Below, piece after piece: positions 38,701 through 41,169 of a stretch of DNA of 41,169 bases. The notes under the pieces were generated by a model. It saw only the letters and a list, made by a program, of their open reading frames with translations, was not told the DNA's origin and made no database searches. The position numbers and the translations under genes were made by a program. This DNA comes from an uncultured Methanosarcinales archaeon (GTDB lineage: Archaea; Nanobdellota; Nanobdellia; Woesearchaeales; CAYMBN01), in NCBI GenBank assembly GCA_964388715.1, contig CAYMBN010000012.1:1-41169 (forward strand). Direction: 5' to 3'. Every line of letters begins with the position of its first letter. Within the stretch, counting starts at the first letter, position 1.

Positions 38701-41169
38701 TTATATCAATATCCTAATAAACTTGTTAAAAACAATAAAATTGAATTATCACTTAAACATTCTGATCAATATACATTATATTTTTATTCAAAAGATGATG
38801 CAGAAAATTATGAAGAAGTAAAAAGTATTTCCTTTTATGTTGATGCAGAACTTCCTCAAGTAAATCTCACAACCCTTATTATACCAAAAGAAATAACAGT
38901 TGCTCCAGGAATACCTTCTCAATGGTTAAGCAATTTAAACATAACACTTGATGTTTCTGATAATATGAATGGTCAAGTAGTATGCACAGGATTCCTTAAA
39001 TTAGATGGTACAATAATCCAAACATACCACAACATCACAAATGAAACAGGAAACAAATGGAACAAACTTTACCAAGACCTAAAAGATGGTTATTATGCAT
39101 ATACTTATGAATGTAAAGACAAAAGAGGAAATATTGCAAATAATACAATACCAATCACAATCAGCGAAGACAAAAATATTTATGATACACTTCCAAACAC
39201 AACATTAGATTATTCTGGTGATGTTCTCATTTCTGTTAAAACATTATCAAATGCAAAATGTAGATTTAGTGATTCTGATTTAAATTACCAAGATATGACT
39301 CCTTTCAGCCAAACAGGAGGTCTTGTACACAATTCAACAGAATATATTTATGATACAACAACATACAGAAAATATTATGTAAAATGTAATTTTACTGATA
39401 GAAACTTTATATCAGAAGATCAAATTAGATTCTTTGTTGATCTTATCCCACCAAAAGTTATCAGTAACAAAAACTTTGATGAATGGCATTTACTAGATCA
39501 ATATGAAACATTAAATGTAATCTTAAAATGTGTTGATGTAGCAATAACAGATGAAAACAATGTACATCATGAATTCAATGATTGTAAACTCCACTACCGG
39601 TCAGGAGATGAAGGTTCAATTAATTCTTATAACAAAAATAATGTTACAATAACCTTAACTGAAACAACAAACTTATACTATAAAGCAACAGATCAACACA
39701 ACATGGGCAAACTAGAAACAAAAACAGTTAAGATTGATAAAGAAGATCCAAAATTCACAATCAAGTTAACAGATGACATAAACCAAGAAACAGACTTACT
39801 TACAATCTGCCCAGGAGAAGACACTGCATTGTATCATGTTTACATTCAATCTACAAAACCACTTAATGATACAAACCCATTCCTCACATTAAGATTTTCC
39901 ACTCTTTATGAACAAACAAATATGTATAATTTCACAAGAATTAATTCAACATATTGGTCAAGCCGTCTTATTTTAAGAAGAAACGAATTTAATCAAACCT
40001 ATGCCAATGGTTCATTTGAAGTAAGAGCTGTTGATTATCATGGGAGGACAGGTAATCAAATTCTTAACGATCAAAAATATTTAGTTGACACAAAAAAACC
40101 AAGCATTCCAATAATCAATTATACTTTATTAGGTAACTTTCATAACAATATTTATTATTCTAACAAATCCAATATAATCATCTCTGGAACAACAGAAGAA
40201 TCAGATAACACAGTATCACTTTATGCAGGAAGATCATCAACAGAGTTCAAACAAAAATATCAACAAGACAACTCAAACCATTACACCTTTAACTTAAACC
40301 TTGAAAACAATGGTTTAACAAACATTGCAATAAATGCAAAAGACACAGCAGGAAATCCTTCTGATTTAACAGGTACAAAAGTATTTTATGATTCAACATT
40401 TCCAGAGTTAGCATACATTGATCCTTATGAAGAAGAAGTAATAAGCCTGGATACTAAAACACTTACAATTAAATTCAAAAAACTAAAAAAAGCATCAGAA
40501 ATCAACATGTCCAGCATTAAAATATTAATCAATGAACAACCTCAAACAATTGATTCTCTCACAGAAACAAGCGATGATAATTACAATTATTATGAAATTA
40601 ACATAAACCTTGTAACCTTTGATGAAAAACAATATAGTATTTCATTTGAAGTAATGGATTATGCACTAAACAAAATAAAAGAAAAATGGTTTTTCATAAA
40701 AAATAGAACAAAAGACCAAAAACCAATCCTACAAATATCCAATTCAGTATTCAAAGATTATATACATTTTATTAAGCAAACACCAACCAACAACCAACTC
40801 ACATTTAATTCAGTAGTCAACCTAACTAACATTTATTTAGGTACACAAGGTAGCTCAATAACGTATCAAAGTGATGATAACCAAACATTTTACTTTAACT
40901 TTTCATCAGAATTCGAAGAAAATGATTACATACTATATGTAAAAACCACTAATAATTTATGGCATTTCCATCTTAACTTTGATAATTCTTCACAAGATTT
41001 CACAATTGATCATATAAACGAATCAAAACAAGGTCAACAAATATTAATCAAAACCATCACCAATGAACCTTACGGTGGAAAAGCAGAAATAACTATACTC
41101 AACCAAAAATATTTAATGGATAAAGTAGACTCAAACCTTTATTATTATGACTGGAACATACCTAAAACA
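35776..41169 (+). CDS. Giant exported Cys-rich / Ig-like repeat protein, at least 1798 aa, truncated at the window end (not in the ORF track)
   Basis: ATG 35776 MNKKRGFVVIVSLFFIVLAVVSS; frame open at all points checked to the window end; GCC repeats, carboxypeptidase-regulatory-like domain, E.C.N..DDD..G..DC.D..C and CGDG/CGNG motifs, then Ig-like beta repeats. Confidence 0.88.
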   Translation, partial: MNKKRGFVVIVSLFFIVLAVVSSDNEQGCCINPYTTADICGNQISIDLCCPTDGTYNQLGGPANKADCDANFFKPNNNCAEIDNCTQGCCDGGSYVCDSGTLKLDCDIANAVFSALPSCETIPNCESGCCCSPGQEQLISRKQCTNQNGNFSPYVTKQSVCDTLCEQTKLFAQNIECQEINGPNVYCGNNLTNSTHTYCCAKDSRVTPSQLECQIKSCAISFTLNGTITSSTDNSPINNAQVIVEGQTETKSNTTNNNGFYLISDLSNGIYTVTASAPTFQQKQQQITISNSNQILDISLDIAENCTNSIDDDSDGANDICDTDCGLVTTNINDNEKQDSENTTELCNNGKDDDCNGVTDCFDPNCQPLLICQEQQCPNNIKDPGEDCDATYDTFGNKIGEGDDTACPGRCSSQCKCTPECGDGNCDEGETYLSCSQDCPTPIDIKICGNGLLDSENNEICDPTADITACNSNQYCVGPNLPLECTCISLYDCNDNNIINNYEECEPGRIDCSAGKICKGCPGKCVSDCLIEPAKPVLTFINFSYANNNPYIKIQFNNDCTPINSYIMKCVGPNESCINSEHFDQQFGPITTNEYNDFLITNNTNYCYKVKSFFEGGHSKISDEKLCFELGDKECLKQNTEEFCIDNIRYGCNEFGKRDILETCQEREVCMENIDSTTSCIKQAYCLNCSTPLGLYSSTNSKVNDPNDDRFTISCEFTPTCYLDTSYSVPDLYYECLNVKSCYDYNSKKACEQNKCRIQNCVWNPSFDELGAGVCSTTIEEEQQCHKCNGNFNSIFGDCNKQTCALYGECYYNSFTKICKHKSETTCTDFDSIQDCIGQSQINVNTNITWEIDESTQCINNGACLKPNNTHGSNKILTLSDDYFNFGRCKYVNNKCIKDADNIFYLTGRARTQKVDESDCYSKGIECYTDFETPNTTIIYTSPMGKDLSLTVSVRDNTYDNSYIKTYYTIKNSTELYQYPNKLVKNNKIELSLKHSDQYTLYFYSKDDAENYEEVKSISFYVDAELPQVNLTTLIIPKEITVAPGIPSQWLSNLNITLDVSDNMNGQVVCTGFLKLDGTIIQTYHNITNETGNKWNKLYQDLKDGYYAYTYECKDKRGNIANNTIPITISEDKNIYDTLPNTTLDYSGDVLISVKTLSNAKCRFSDSDLNYQDMTPFSQTGGLVHNSTEYIYDTTTYRKYYVKCNFTDRNFISEDQIRFFVDLIPPKVISNKNFDEWHLLDQYETLNVILKCVDVAITDENNVHHEFNDCKLHYRSGDEGSINSYNKNNVTITLTETTNLYYKATDQHNMGKLETKTVKIDKEDPKFTIKLTDDINQETDLLTICPGEDTALYHVYIQSTKPLNDTNPFLTLRFSTLYEQTNMYNFTRINSTYWSSRLILRRNEFNQTYANGSFEVRAVDYHGRTGNQILNDQKYLVDTKKPSIPIINYTLLGNFHNNIYYSNKSNIIISGTTEESDNTVSLYAGRSSTEFKQKYQQDNSNHYTFNLNLENNGLTNIAINAKDTAGNPSDLTGTKVFYDSTFPELAYIDPYEEEVISLDTKTLTIKFKKLKKASEINMSSIKILINEQPQTIDSLTETSDDNYNYYEININLVTFDEKQYSISFEVMDYALNKIKEKWFFIKNRTKDQKPILQISNSVFKDYIHFIKQTPTNNQLTFNSVVNLTNIYLGTQGSSITYQSDDNQTFYFNFSSEFEENDYILYVKTTNNLWHFHLNFDNSSQDFTIDHINESKQGQQILIKTITNEPYGGKAEITILNQKYLMDKVDSNLYYYDWNIPKT

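Noticed and set aside
1..41169. CRISPR array, IS element, or provirus/integration at tRNA-His
   Set aside because: No regularly spaced repeats, transposase, integrase or duplicated tRNA 3' end was seen.

Overview
AT-rich archaeal chromosomal segment whose gene content and style point to a DPANN lineage, most likely Woesearchaeota (inference). The first ~29 kb is mostly informational/core genes: hef, Sec61beta, NAC, tRNA-His, a presenilin-type protease, SRP RNA, speD, hjc, TFE-alpha, ribose-1,5-bisphosphate isomerase, a tandem thioredoxin/GILT-like protein, then two convergent replication operons (tbp-mcm-rpa on +, cdc6-DP1-DP2 on -), a TrmB-like regulator, a degenerate GlcD/GlcF-like three-gene cluster and Rpp30. 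The last ~12 kb encodes three very large Cys-rich exported proteins, the last one truncated by the window end. The most notable observations are non-coding: four ORB-like boxes in two clusters 11 kb apart, each pointing into a downstream gene; an SRP RNA apparently lacking helix 6; a ~200-nt structured leader upstream of a small Cys-rich protein; an unexplained GC-rich structured element at the window start; and a palindrome at fixed spacing upstream of several TATA boxes. No CRISPR array, transposase, integrase or reverse transcriptase was seen. All calls are by eye; no searches were run.
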